Below, piece after piece: positions 25,723-39,209 of a DNA stretch of 64,000 bases. A program made the position numbers and the translations under genes. Origin of the DNA: Malacoraja senta (Eukaryota). Under the pieces are notes generated by a model, which was not told the origin of the DNA, made no database searches, and saw nothing but the letters and a program-made list of their open reading frames with translations. Position 1 is the stretch's first letter, and every line of letters starts with the position of its first letter. Location: the NCBI GenBank assembly GCA_038087875.1, contig CM075988.1, positions 9,798,001 through 9,862,000 on the forward strand. The letters are read 5' to 3'.

Positions 25723-26997
25723 TCATGATGTGAACTTCTCCCTGTCCGTCATGTGCTCTCTGTGTTGTTGTGAGATGGAGGAGGCAGAGAAGTGGAGAGA
25801 TGTATTGTATTCCCAAGCCTCCAATTACATCCTTAATGGACCAAGTGGGCAGGTAACCCTGAAGACCAGTTCCAGGAGTTAAACCCTTGGGTATGGAAGT
25901 GTTCAAGACCAGGGACTGCATCCACAAAACCCATATCCCACTTACTGCATCTCCAATCTTGGATGTTCCTCTCTTCATCATACCCCAACCTAATTCTTAT
26001 ATAGTTTAGAAATACAGCGTGGAAACAGGACCTATGGCCCACCTGGTCCTCTAAAACTCTAACACCAGATGGCAAAGATGTAATATGGGGAGTTAGATGG
26101 TGGTTTTATATTTCACCACAAGATTGGTTGTAACCAAGAGCGCTTGGCTTGAGAAAACAGTGGTGGCAGGTTCACCAACTACGTTTGAAAAGTATCTGGA
26201 CGAGTGCTTGACTCATTAAGGCACAAAAGGCTGTGGCCCATATGCTGGTAATGGGATTCACATTGATAGTTACCTGATATTCAGCATGGATATGGTGGGC
26301 TGAAGAACCTGTTTCTGTTCTGTACGACTCCATGACCATAATAGCTCCCTGAGCATGTGGATAAAGCCCTCTGATAAAATAATTTCCTCCCCTTCTCCTC
26401 CATCACCTCTCTATCATCATCGTCCTTCTCCTCCTCCTCTCCCCCTCACCCAGTTGCCCCCTGCTCTACTGGCCCCTGTGCATTCTCCACTGAAGTAAAG
26501 GGAATGTTTACTAATACATCCATGTCTGAAATGGCAAAAAAATAGTATCTGAATGCCCGCTGCACCACCCCTGGTAGATGGTTGAGGGTGGAACGGATCC
26601 ATGCAGAATCCTTGTAGCAACAGCAAGGAGAAACTACTTGGTTAATAATCACTTTAAGTAGGGTTGATTATGATTTAAGGTGGGTTAGCGGATTCCTTCT
26701 ACCGAGCTGCTCCTGTTAGTGAGCGTGTTCATAGAATACCAGGAATCATTGATAATTCACAGCACTGCAGGAGACCATTCAGCCCACCATGGGCAGCCTG
26801 GGCTAAAAGGAACAACCAACCGAATCCCAGTGGATTAAATCTCAGCAGTCTGAAGAAGGGTCTCGACACGAAACATCGCCTATTTCCTTCGCTCCATAGA
26901 TGCTGCCTCACCCGGTGAGTTTCTCCAGCATTTTTGTCTACCTTTGATTTTCCAGCATCTGCAGTTCCTTCTTAAACCTAATCCCAGCAGTAGGTCT

Positions 26998-27336
26998 GGG
27001 GTGGCACAGTGGTTCAGCAGTAGAGATGCTGCCTTACAGCGCCAGAGACCCAGGTTCGATCATGACTACAGGTGCTGTTTTAAAGAGTTCCTGCGACCTC
27101 GTGGGTTTTCTCCAGGTGCTCTGATTTCCTCACACATTCCATAGGCGTGCACGTTTGTAGGTTAATAGGCTTTTGTAAATTGCCCCTAGTGTGTAGGATG
27201 CGAAACTGGAATAACATAGAACTAGTATACGGATGATCGTTGGTCGACATGGACTCAATGGGCCGAAGGGCCTGTTTCCACGCTGTATCTCTAAACTAAA
27301 TCAAACTGAACTAAGTCCAAACTAAACTAAACTAAA
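26998..27336 (+). mobile_element. HE1-type V-SINE
   Basis: A and B boxes, V-domain and (TAAAC)n tail. Confidence 0.8.
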
Positions 27337-27409
27337 TTCTACAAGTCAGGACTCATCACAAACCTGGATGTTGAAATGGGATGAGACTTCTTCCTCTGGC
27401 ACATTTCAG

Positions 27410-27478
27410 GACAGCGAGTTCCTGGCAAATTACAATGTGCCAACTCACGTAGCAAGCAGTGCGCAGCGTGACTCCACT
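27410..27478 (+). other. Candidate isolated 69-nt internal exon (DSEFLANYNVPTHVASSAQRDST)
   Basis: Pyrimidine tract plus TTTCAG acceptor and an ACT|GTAAGT donor. Length is a multiple of 3 and only the phase-0 frame is open. No recognised homology. Confidence 0.25.
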
Positions 27479-28629
27479 GTAAGTCTCTCATTGCACCCTG
27501 GATAATACTTTGGATCTTTAAAGGTTCTCGTGGAATCCACACCGTGAGCGTTACTGTACCTATTCTCACATTGCTGCACTGATTACACAGAAACTTCACG
27601 TGATTATACGGCTGCTGATTATAAGCAGGGAGTTCACACGTTGAACCTGCTCGGGGCTCAGTAGCAATGATTTAAGTCAATAAAGCACAAACCCCTGGTG
27701 GGCAAATGGGTCTTGAAAAGATGAAGTATGCCTGTCATAGCCTACATTCATCATTTTAATAGGATCTTTTCTCAGGTTCCTGGGAAGCAAATATGTCACT
27801 CAGAAGGGCTTAAGCAAAAAACTTTTGTTCTTTTACACTCCATTATATCACACATTCGCTGTCGTGTGTATGTTCAAAAAATGTTATCTGAAATAAAGTT
27901 ATATATTACTTTGGAAGCTGTAATTTTAAATGTGTTCTTGCTTCAAGCTGAAATGCTATGGACCACCAAAGAAGTAGAAGTGGGTGTGAAAATTAATGCT
28001 TTTTAGGTGCTACAGGTATCAAATGGTGCCCAAAATAGTGACATTCACATGCTTTTTAGTGTGATCCTGAGGTCTAATGCCTTTGCCTGCGTATCTACTG
28101 GAGATTTGAGGAATAGTGTCTGAGGGATCATAGGGTTTGGGGTTAGACACATAATGCTGAAGTAACTCAACAGGACAGGCAGCATCTCTGGAGAGAAGGA
28201 ATGGGTGACGTTTTGGGTCAAGACCCGTCTTCAGACAGGTTTGGTGTGGCGGGTTATGAGAGGGAGCGGGGAAGGTTTTAGGGATGGAGTTTGAGGATTA
28301 ATGGATGTGCAAGGGTCCAAGGTTTGGGACTCATGGCATGAGGGGTTATAGTATGAGGAGAGTCAGGGTAAGGAATGCCAGGAAATCGGGTTCATTTCGG
28401 GTGGTCAAGGTGTAAGGGACGGCGTGGGAAGGGGTTGGGGATTCAGAGAAGAAGAGATCAGAATGTGCGAGTTTCATGACGTGAGATGGTTGGTTGGATT
28501 GACTGCTGGGGTAGGGAAAGTGATGTCAAAATATGGAAGGTTGTGTTAGGATGTCATGGGTCTGACTTTGCTGAGGGTGGGGTGCTGAGGGGAGATTCAA
28601 GGGGTGAAAAGGGTTGGGGTCAAAAGGAT

Positions 28630-29455
28630 CATAGAAACATAGAAAATAAGTGCAGGTGGGCCATTCGGCCCTTCGAGCCAGCACCGCCATTCGATATCAA
28701 TGGCTGATCAGCCAAAAATCAGTACCCTGTTTCTGCTTTCTCCCCATATGCATTGATTCCATTAGCCCCAAGAGCTATATATAACTCTCTCTTGAATACA
28801 TCCAGTGAATTGGCCTCCACTGCCTTCTATGGCAGAGAATTCCACAGATTCACAACTCTGGGTGAAAACGTTTTTCCTCTGGTGGGAGCAGAAGAATTTG
28901 ATATCTGAGGCCATCAGAGAGTGAGGGGTGAGGTGCCAGAGTGATTAGTTGCAAGATGGGATTAGAGTTTGTGGAGAGTGGGAGTGGTTGATGTGGAGGG
29001 ATACCAGGAATGAATAGGTTATTAACCAATGATGAGCATTTGTCAGCACTTGGCCTGCACTCGCTGGAGTTTAGAAGAATGAGTTTAGAAGAATTAGAAG
29101 AATGAAGGGGGACCTCATTTAAACATGCAAAATAGTGAAAGGCTTCTTGGATAGAGTGGATGTGGAGAGGATGTTTCCACAAGTGGGAGAGTCTAGGACG
29201 AGGTCATAGCCTCAGAATTAATGGACAAAGGAGATGAGGAGAAATTTCTTGAGTCAGAGTGTGGTGCCAAGTCAGTGGATATTTTTAAAGCAGAGATAGA
29301 TCGATTCTTGATTAGTACAGGTGTCAAAGGTTATGAGGAAAAGGCAGGAGAATGAGGTTAGGAGGGAGAGATAGATCAGACATGATTGAATGGCGTAATA
29401 GACTTAATGGGCCAAATGGCCTAATTATATTCCTATTCCTTATGGCCTCATGACC
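28630..29455. mobile_element. Two oppositely oriented CR1 3' fragments (28630-28880 minus, ~29010-29455 plus)
   Basis: Match the 3494 and 1185 CR1 subfamilies respectively. Confidence 0.7.
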
Positions 29456-29636
29456 TTACAAAGGTGGATGTGAGGGGGCGGGGGTCAAATGGTGAGAGAT
29501 TGAGATTTGAGAGGACCAGTTATGAAAGGATCAGTGTGCTTGGGGAAAAAGAAGATGTGAGAAGGTCAGCGTGTTAGTGCATGTCAGACTATAAGCATGA
29601 AAGGAGAAACAGAATAAACTTTGCATGTGTGAGACC

Positions 29637-30889
29637 TTTTTTTTTTTTTTTTTTTTAAATATTTTTATTTTATTAGAAGTAAGTACAATTGTATACAATC
29701 ATATTTTCATAATACCTTTTATGTACAGCTTCTTATTTAAAAAAAAAATTGTAATAAAGAAGAAAAAGAAAAAAGTTAGATAATGAAAAATAGAAAAATG
29801 TGAGATATATAGTGTGTGAAAAAGAAAAATAAAGAATGAAAAAAGAAAGTTGAGACATAGAAAATAGAAGAAAGAGAATAAAAGAAGAGAAGAGAAGAAA
29901 AGAAAATAGAAGGAGATCATTTATAATCTTGACCATCCGCAGTCACGGATTAGCTTTTACACCTGTTTTGCACCATATGTTTCCAAAAAGACGACAAATG
30001 GAGACCAACTCGTTATGAATTGGTCAAATTTATCTAGTAGGAGGAATCGCATTTCCTCAAGATGTGCGGTATCCAACATACTTGCAATCCACATTTTGAG
30101 CGTTGGTATTGGTGTATTTTTCCAAAATTTCAATATTAATTTTTTTGCTATTATTAAACCATAATTAAAAATTGACTTTTGAGATGAGCTCAATTTGTTC
30201 CCGTCTTCCATTACCCCAAATATAATCAATTCATTATTGGGTTCCATTTTTGTCTTAAATAGTTTTGTAAATATTTCGAAAATATCACTCCAAAATCCAT
30301 GAAGTTTTATACAAGAAACAAAAGAGTGTGTTATAGTTGCGTCTTGGGTTAAACATTTATCGCAAATGGGCGATATATTTGGATACAATTTATTTAATCT
30401 TGTTTTTGAGTAATATAATCTATGTAAAATTTTAAATTGGATTAGATTATGTCTTGCGTTAATCGAACACTTGTGAATGTATGTCAAATACTTTTCCCAT
30501 GTAGCCTTCGTAATTTTTATCAATAATTCCCGTTCCCACTCTTCTCTAATTACCTCGGTCACAGGTAAATCTATATTTAAGATACTATTATATAAATATG
30601 ATATTAATTTTTGTGTATCAGCTTTTATATTCATTACTTCTTCTAGTAAATCAGGAGTTATTTTTTGATATCCCTGTATGTATGTCTTCAAAAAATTACA
30701 AATCTGAAAATATTTAAAATAATGAGTGTTTTTCAGTTTAAATTTTAATTGTAATTGTTGAAATGATAATAAATCTCCCATTTCATACATGTCCCCGATC
30801 CTTTTAATTCCTAAACTTTCCCATTGATTATATATTTTATCCATCATAGATGGTTTAAATAAAGGATTATTCGCTATCGGTGTTAACAA
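29637..30889 (-). mobile_element. Young 5'-truncated L1-clade LINE with poly(A) tail and 14-bp TSD
   Basis: Poly(T) on the + strand from 29637 to ~29656. GTGTGAGACCTTTT occurs at 29627-29640 and 30890-30903, followed by A (TTTT/A endonuclease site). Confidence 0.92.
29957..30889 (-). pseudogene. L1 ORF2 C-terminal 310 codons (zf-RVT/CCHC region), uninterrupted but 5'-truncated
   Basis: QFKILHRLYYSKTRLNKLYP, CDKC...HSFVSC and AKKLILKFWK motifs. Confidence 0.9.
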
Positions 30890-31263
30890 GTGTGAGACCT
30901 TTTATAGAGACATAAAGTGATACAGCATGGAAACAGGCCCTTTGGCCCAACTTGCCCACATCGGCCAACATGTCCCAGCTACACTAGCCCCACCTGCTCG
31001 CGTTTGGCCCATATCCTTCCAAACCTATCCTACCCATGTATAAGTAGGACAGGCAGCATCTCTGGAGAGAAGGAATGGGTGACGTTTCCGGTTGAGAAGG
31101 GTCTCGCCGAAATGTCCCCCGTTCCTTCTCTCCAGAGATGCTGCCTGTCCCGCTGAGTTATTCCAGTATTTTATGTTCACCACCATGAACATTATGCTTC
31201 TGCCCAGAACTGGTGATAAATCTGCTGAAATTCCCTGTTATATTTAGCTCTGTTTCTCTTCCC

Positions 31264-31760
31264 ACCGGTGAGACCAAGCGGAGGCTTGGCGATCGTTTCG
31301 CCGAACACCTCCGGTCGGTCCGCAATAACCAACCTGAACTCCCGGTGGCTCAGCACTTCAACTCCCCCTCCCATTCCGTATCTGACCTCTCTGTCCTGGG
31401 TCTCCTCCATGGCCACAGCGAGCAACACCGTAAATTGGAGGAAATGCACCTCATATTCCGCTTGGGCAGTCTACATCCTGGTGGCCTGAACGTTGAATTC
31501 TCTCAATTCTGCTAGCCCTGGCTGTCCCCTCCCCTTCATCAGCCATCTGGTTGTCTCCTCCCCTCCCCCAGCCCTCGGGCTCCTCCTCCGCCTTTTCCTT
31601 TTTTCCTTTCTTCTCCCCACCCCCTATCAGTCTGAAGAAGGGTTTCGGCCCGAAACGTTACCTATTTCCTTCGCTCCATAGATGCTGCTGCACCCGCTGA
31701 GTTTCTCCAGCATTTTTGTGTACCTTCGATTTTCCAGCATCTGCAGTTCCTTCTTTAACA
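31264..31760 (+). mobile_element. Penelope-like element 3' fragment (GIY-YIG C-terminal part plus pLTR)
   Basis: GETKRRLGDRFAEHLRSV...VAQHFNSPSHS...RKLEEMHLIFRLGSLHPGGLNVEF, then a pLTR containing CTGAAGAAGGGTTTCGGCCCGAAACG. Confidence 0.9.
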
Positions 31761-33259
31761 CTCTTCCCACCTGCCTGGTCTGCTTCCTGCTTCCAGCAGT
31801 TTTGTTTTTACGGTCTACATGACTTTTCTTCTATCTCTCCCCTTTGCAGAGAGGATTGTGAGAGCTCTGGGTTGGCAGGTCTTTTGGAATTGTGGTTTGA
31901 GCTGACACTCTCCCTGGTGGAAATGAGAAGTCTATAAACAGGAACTGTTGCCAGCAGGAGCACAGAATTGTCGACTTATTATAAATAACCATGTTATCAC
32001 TCCAAAGATTAAACCCACGGAGATCATATATTAATTGTCATCTAATCAGTAATTTCACATGTAAAACAGCACCCGCTAAGAGAAACAAACACTCATTGCT
32101 TGTATTAATATTGTGAAATCTTGACGATGAATATTCTAATCTGCCAACATTATAACTTTGAAAGTGCACTGATAATATTATATTATTTTGGATTTTTTTA
32201 TGTTGCTCTACAAACGTGTGAAAACATTTTTTTATTATTGGAAATAATGAGTGTGGCATTGGCCATTGTTATGTGGTCAGGCACAGCAGGTGTGTCACAC
32301 ATAGCATCATTTTGTGAACCAGGCAAAGACTGAGTAACGAGTCACATTGTTCTAAGTCAAAAGGGAAAGTTGCAAACCTTTCATGGACAAGTGCTATGGT
32401 CAGAGGCTTTCTTATTAGATTTGCCAACAGACCTGAGCCCTAAGGAACCACAATCTAAAGACTGAGGGCCTAGGGAAGTCCTCACTCTGTCCTTGGGTCC
32501 AGAAAAGCCAACACACTGCCGACTTAGGGCCCAGAGGAGATTCCAATCTGTAGACCCAGGGTCTGCCATGAAAGTCCTCTGTCAGTAGACCCAGAGTCTA
32601 CAGGAGTAATCTGTAGACAACAATGCCAAGACAAGCCTCTGTCCGGTGTCACGAGGCCTAAAGGATCCTACAGGGCCTGAGATTCCAGTGATGGCCCCTC
32701 GGCCTTTGGTCTACTGATCGAGGCTTCTCCAGATCGTGGGCCTTCAGACTGATGCTCCTTCGTGCCTCAGGTTCAGTGGCAGAAGGCCCAGAGGTACAAA
32801 CAGCGTTGACTGGGCCCCAGAAGAGCCTCAGGTGATAGTTGTCTGATAAATTGAGCAGGTGAGACTCCCCAATTGCAGTTGGCTACTTTTGAAATGAGTC
32901 ACTGTTGTTCATATCTCTGAAGATGGTTTCACTCTGATATCAGGAAACAGAGCATTTGTCGTAAACCGCGTCATTGTTCATTTGTTACCATGCCGGAAAC
33001 ATGACAGATAATTTACATGAAAGATATGGAGAGCAATGTAACAATAACCGGATAACCATTCAGCATGGTTGAGAGATAAATATTGGCCAGGATGTATTTA
33101 TATCTTTGTAAGAGGCTAATTGGCCCATCTATTTTATGCTGACTATCAGAACATTCCCACCTGTCTTAGTGCCCTATTTAAATGCCGGCCTTACTCCCAC
33201 CTTACATGGAATTTTGCCACTTTATGACCATCTAAAAAAATAGATAGTTTCTCAGGTTT

Positions 33260-33600
33260 ATGTCTCATAAGTGATAGGAGCAGAATTAGGCCATTTGGCC
33301 CCATCAAGTCTACTCTGGCATACAATCATGGCTGATCTATCTTTCCCTCTTAACCCCATTCTCCTGCCTTCTCCTTATAACCCCTGACACCCATACCAAT
33401 CAAGAATCTATCTGTCTCTGCCATAAAAAATATCCAATGACTTGCCCTCCATAGCCTTCTACGGCAATGAATTCCACAGATCCGTCTGACTAAAGCAATT
33501 CCTCCTCATCTCCGTTAAAGGAACGCCCTTTAATTCTGAGTCGACGAGCTCTGATCCTAAACTCTCCCGCTAGTGGAAACATCCTCCCCTCTTCATCTCC
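33260..33600 (-). mobile_element. CR1 LINE 3' fragment
   Basis: Same subfamily as 1185-1570. Confidence 0.7.
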
Positions 33601-33849
33601 TATCCAGGCCTCATCTGTGAAATAGGGGCCTTGAATTTCAACCACAAATTTGGCCATGATCAGCTCTTGATCCCATTGAGCAAGTGATTCATGTACCACT
33701 TGCCCAGCCAGTAGAGGCAGCTGGGTGAGCAACAGTGACGTCAACCGACTCACCATCCATGGTTGGCAAAGCTCTGTGGCATTCAATTATACAAACATGT
33801 TTGAGCTCCCTGAGCAGATTTGAATCGGTGGATGAAGCCCTCCTTAATT

Positions 33850-34200
33850 AGTCATAGACTCATAGAGCCCTACAGCATGCACACAGACCCATCGGCCCAA
33901 ATTACCCATACTGGCCAGCACGTCCCATTTACACTTGTCCCACCTGTCTGCGATTGGATCATATCCCTGTAAACCTGTCCTATCCATGTACCCGTCTAAA
34001 TGTTTCTTAAATTTTGCAATAGTCCCTGCCTCAACTTCCTCCCATGGCAACTTGTTCCAAACACCCACCACCCTTTGGGTGAAAAAGTTACTCCTTATCC
34101 TCCTGAAATCCAAGGAATAGAACCTGCTCCACCTCTCCCTGTAGCTCAGATCCTCGAGTCCTGGCAACATCCTCGTAAATATTCCCTGTACCGTTTCCTT
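33850..34200 (-). mobile_element. Internally deleted CR1 3' fragment
   Basis: FTRMLPGLEDLSYRER...RRIRSNFFTQRVVGVWNKLP, lacking the middle segment present in the 15110 copy. Confidence 0.8.
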
Positions 34201-35479
34201 CATCCCCTCTTTCAGTCATCCCCTTTAATCTGATTGTTGGTGTCTACTCCATCTTTCTGCTGGTCCCCATAACCTTTGATTCATGAACAGTCTGTAACCC
34301 CATCCATTGAGTATGCGTTGCTTCAGTCTCAATGTCCCTCTGCTGTGTTTCTCTTCATTTCAGTCTTATGGCTAATCCCTTATTCTGAGACAATATCCCC
34401 TATTTTTGACTGCCCCAACCATGGGAATGTTTATGTTTCAATGAGATCACTTTTTTTGCTAAACTCCAGGGAGTTAAACCTGTTCTGCTTAATCCTTTCT
34501 CATAAGACAAACCTGCTCATCCTGGGAATCAGCTTTATGAATCCCTGCTGCACTGCCTCTGGCAGATATATTCAATAAGGCAAGCAAATCTTTATATCAT
34601 ACTCCAGGCGTTGTTTCACCAAAGCCATGCTCAGTTGTACAGATGTAGTTCCGTGTATTCCATCCCTCTTGCAATGAAGGCCAAGAGAGTATTAAGTCTC
34701 AGGGAGACAGGAGTGACATGTAGAAAAAAGAATTGGTACAGACATGAAAAACAAACAGTCTATTCCTAGACTGTAAAATTATTCCATTCTGCCTCAGACA
34801 ATAACAGTAATTGTGTCATTTTTGAAGGAAGGTTGAGATTGCTTTTGTTGACCTCTTATCCAACAACTAATAGGTTACAATAGAATTTAGGTTTAGGTTT
34901 ATTATTGTCACCTGCACCATGGTACAGTGAAAATCTTTTTTTTTGCTTCTATCCGATCAAATCAGATAACACCGTTGCTAAATACAATCAAGCCAAACTC
35001 ATACAACAGGCAGAGAATTGATAATATCTCAATGATATAGAATTACATATTTCTGTGAAGGAAACAATGATGCAAGTTATATTGTTTCTGGGATTTAATT
35101 GAACTAACATTCTCTCAGTTCAGAGTTACAAATCAATCTTCTGGGCAAATGTTACATTCTACGATATGTGTAGAAAGGAACTGCAGATGCTGGCTCATAC
35201 CAAAGATAGACATAAAGTGCTGGAATAACTCAGCTAGTCAGACAGCACCTCTGGAGAAAAAGGATGGGTGATGCTTTGGGTCAGGACCATTCCACAGATT
35301 AAGGAAGGGTCCCAACCTGAAACGTCATCCATGCTGTCTCTCCAGAGATGCTACCTGACCTGCTGAGTTACTCCAGCACTTTGTGTCTACAGTCTATGAT
35401 ATTGCTTTACCCAGTCCAGTATCAGACCCTTTACCCTTTACCCTGTTTCTGGCCTGTATCTCAACTAAACTAAACTAAA

Positions 35480-36295
35480 CTCAGTTCAGCTTAGTTTATT
35501 GTCACATGTACTGAGGTACAATGAAATGTTGTTGTTGTGTTCTATCCAGTCAACAGAAAGCATGATTACAATCGAGCCATTTACAGTGTATAGATACATA
35601 CAATACGATACGATACGAGAAAACTGTATTCATCCGCGGAGGGAAATTGGTCTGCCAACAGTTACAAAAAAACTTGAAAGTAAAAGTGAAAACAAAAAGA
35701 AAAAGGCAAGTGTCTGTTGTCTGGCTGCCATGTGCACAGCACCTTCACCGGAACAAATGAACAAACAAACAAAGAAACACAGACTTATTCCCTGGACAGA
35801 GGATTCTAAACTAGTGCCCCCCCCCCCCCCCTCCGGATCCCACTTTGTTCTCCCACTGTCCCTCACGGCGGTCCCCCCATGCCGGGTCCCTATTGTTCTT
35901 CATGGCGGTCCCCACACACCGGGTCCCCATTGTCTTCCCCTCCCCTCTCACACTCATCGACCGCGAGGCCCCACCACCGCCGAGGCCCATGTTCCCACCA
36001 AAGTCCACGTTGCCGCCAAGGCCCACGTTGCAGCCGAGGCTCCCATTGCCGCCGAGACGGCAGTGGTGATAAGGGATTAACATTTAATGCGAGGTAAAAC
36101 CAGCAAAGTCCAATCAAGGATTGTACAAGGGTCACCAGAGGTAGATAGTAGTTCAGCACTGCTCTCTGGTTGTGCTACGATGATTCAGTTGCCTGATAAC
36201 CGCTGGGAAGAAACTGTTCCTGAATCTGGAGCTGTGCATTTTCACACTTCTATACTTTTTGCCTGATGGGAGAGGGAAGAAGGAGTGGCCAGGGA
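35480..36295 (-). mobile_element. Rex1/Babar-type LINE 3' end with a nested GC-rich retroposon at 35599-36066
   Basis: The host sequence ...GTATAGATACA|TGATAAGGGA... rejoins across the insert. On the minus strand the insert ends in CAATTTCCCTCCGCGGATGAATACAGTTTTC(TCGTA)n. Confidence 0.6.
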
Positions 36296-39209
36296 GTAAT
36301 GATTGAATGTTATTCCTCAACACTCCAACACGCTTTTAATTCACTTTCCAGATGATACACGCAGTATTCAAAGGGCATTGGAAACGCAGCTCTGTTGAGT
36401 TTCAAGTGATTGAGTGAATGGGATTCTGATGAGTTTCATGGGGCATGAGACTCATCAGAAGGGCACCAATGATTTTAAAGGGAATGCAGGGTCTTGGAGC
36501 ATGGGAACATTACCCTGTGAGCTAGGTACAACCATCAAGATTTCTGAATACATGATCACAAATTAGTTGTGGTTTACTGTATTTTCCATTTAATTTGACT
36601 ACATGCTAGAATACAGATTTAATTACCAATAAATAAATACAATGTGGGTGATGTTCAGGAATAACTATTCATTTCCAGAAGATTAAACCTCTGAATTAAA
36701 TTACAGTGTATATTGGTTTAGATTCACTTTCCCTCAACATTGATGGTTCATTGCTTGCCTTGCTCTATATCACTGATGTTTTTAGATTGACTATCCAATT
36801 TCAGTTGAGAATCACTTTTCTAAATATAATTGGAACAAATTAAGCTTAAGTGCCTTCCTCTTTGACTCGTAGAAAATATGTAAATAACATTTACAGGATT
36901 GATCTGTTTGAGATTAATTGAATTAAACCTTGCTGTTAGTAACTCTTTCATCTTGCTTGCTTTAGTTTTTATCGTTATCCTTCATACCTCAAATCTCTGG
37001 AGAGCATCGTTTTTCTTCCTTTTCTGTCTTATTCCATAGGTGAGGCTTCTTAGGAAAGATGTTAGCCAACATCATGGTCAATGCAAATTAAATTCTTAAT
37101 CACGCAGTGCATTTGTGACGATGATGCTCTTTTCCCTTCATAAACTAATACCAGATTTTCTGCTCCCTTGTGATCCCAAGTATCCTTTAGAGGCATCACT
37201 GATGAAATGTTTCAAATCAGCTTTCTTTTGCCTGATTGAAGGTCAAAGTTCAAATCCTACATAGAAACGTGCAGGAGAACTGCTGGATTTCCGAGTAATT
37301 GCACATCACACATGAAATGTTGAATATATATTCTCTGCGTAAAGTGAATTGCTTTATTTACCACACATGTTTTCATTAGGGGAATACCATTCAGTTGAAT
37401 TATAATTGACTTTATAAAATTGGAAGATTTTGTATTTGTTATTAGCTGCAATTAAAGAAGGTGAGAGTTACATTGAATATATGAGGAAGTTTAAAAGATT
37501 TAAAAGTTACAAAAATGGATTCAGCTGAAACTAAAGACAGGCTGTTACCTTTCTCCTATTAATTGCAAAGCCAGCAGAAAACAATTACCCTTGCTCCTAT
37601 TACACTAACAAGGCTAACAAATATGTTTATGCGCTTTTTCCAATAACACAAGCGAGATAACAAGCACAACTTCATGAATGTCTCCTCTATAATATAAACA
37701 TTTAGAGGATGTTCAGACTCTTGGCTCTTACCCTTGCTCTATAAGATTATAATGTGTGTAATTTAGTAAAAAAACAAAATGATTGTTCTGCAGAAAAATA
37801 GCCTTCTCATCATAACCATATATGGCTAACCCTTCTTCTCTCGGAAGAACCTGTCAATCTTAAGAAGCCGTCAATCTTAAGAAGCAAGAAGCTGTACTAT
37901 GCTCCGCAGATAAGGTATTGCTGAATCGCTGATAATTGGAGTATAAATATATGTACGTAATCACTGCCCCTTTGTGAGGGGATAGCCTGTATCTACATAC
38001 TGTAAGAGTCTTTACCACACCTGCCTGGCGAAATAAAGATTTTAAATGCTTGATTACTAATTTTGTTTGCGTTTTTGTATGTTTAAGAAAAGTAAACCAC
38101 AACATATATAGCACTGAAACAGCCGTTTGGTTCAAATAGCCGATGAGTTTATGGTGTGGCACTAACCATTCATTGAACTGCTTTCTATCGGAATCACACA
38201 ATAATTATAGCAGGAAATAAGGCCTTTTGGCCCATCGAGTACTTCAGATAGTCCCATTCTCATAACTTCTGCTCATGGTCGAGTTATTTATTTCATCACT
38301 ATTATCCACATTCCTTACAGTTTGCTTTGTTGTGAACTTTGAGCCAAGCCACTTAGAGGTTAAAGCAGGTTGATATAAAGGTCTTTAATCATTAAGTGAA
38401 ACAGACATTCTCTTGGAGATCCTCTCGTCCACTGTTGCATTGTAGTATATAACTGTGGAATAAATTGCCACAGACGGCTGTGGAGGCAAAGTCAATGAAT
38501 ATTTTTCAGGCTGAGATTGACAGATTCTTGATTAGTATGGGTGTCAGAGGTTATGAGGAGATGGCAAGAGAATAGGGTTGAGAGGGAAGGATAGATCAGC
38601 TATGATCGATTGGCAGAATAGACTTGATGGGCCAAATGGCCTAGTTCTGCTCCTATAACTTATGAACTTGACGCTATCATACTTGGCTGTCAGTAGCGAC
38701 AAAGCACCAGGAGGAGAAATTAATTCTGTTCACAAACAACAGTTCATGTTTATGTAATTACAATTCTCTCAGTTAAACCCCTGTCACACTGTGCGAGCTG
38801 ACCCACGAGGTACCCCGAGTTTAAAACAAATTTAACTCGTGGCGCTAATGGCAGGTACCCGTGAAACTTGTTAACTCTCGAAAAAATTCAAACATGTTAA
38901 AATTTTCCACGAGTAAAAGGTACTGCTGAAGTTAAAAATTGAAACATTTAAACACGTTGTAAGAACGTAGTGGCCCGTGCGTTTACCTTAGTGACTCGTG
39001 AGTCTACCGTGGGCATTCTTTAACTCAGCGGGCAGGCAGCATCTCTAGAGAGAAGGAATGGGTCACGGGATTACAATTTCTGCTGCTTCTTTGTATTACT
39101 CCAGCACAGGTTCACTTTTTGTCAACCAGCATCTGCCCTTTCCTGTGTATGACATTATTTGTATCCGTGGCTCCCTTCAGTTTCCCAGGGGGTCGGTATG
39201 GGACTGGAG

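Noticed and set aside
29699..29936. Hydrophobic Phe-rich ORFs resembling membrane proteins
   Set aside because: Translation of the T-rich L1 3' UTR.
32380..32850. Region with recurring GGGCCC/AGACCCAG motifs
   Set aside because: No stable period or termini could be defined. Probably a decayed low-complexity repeat.
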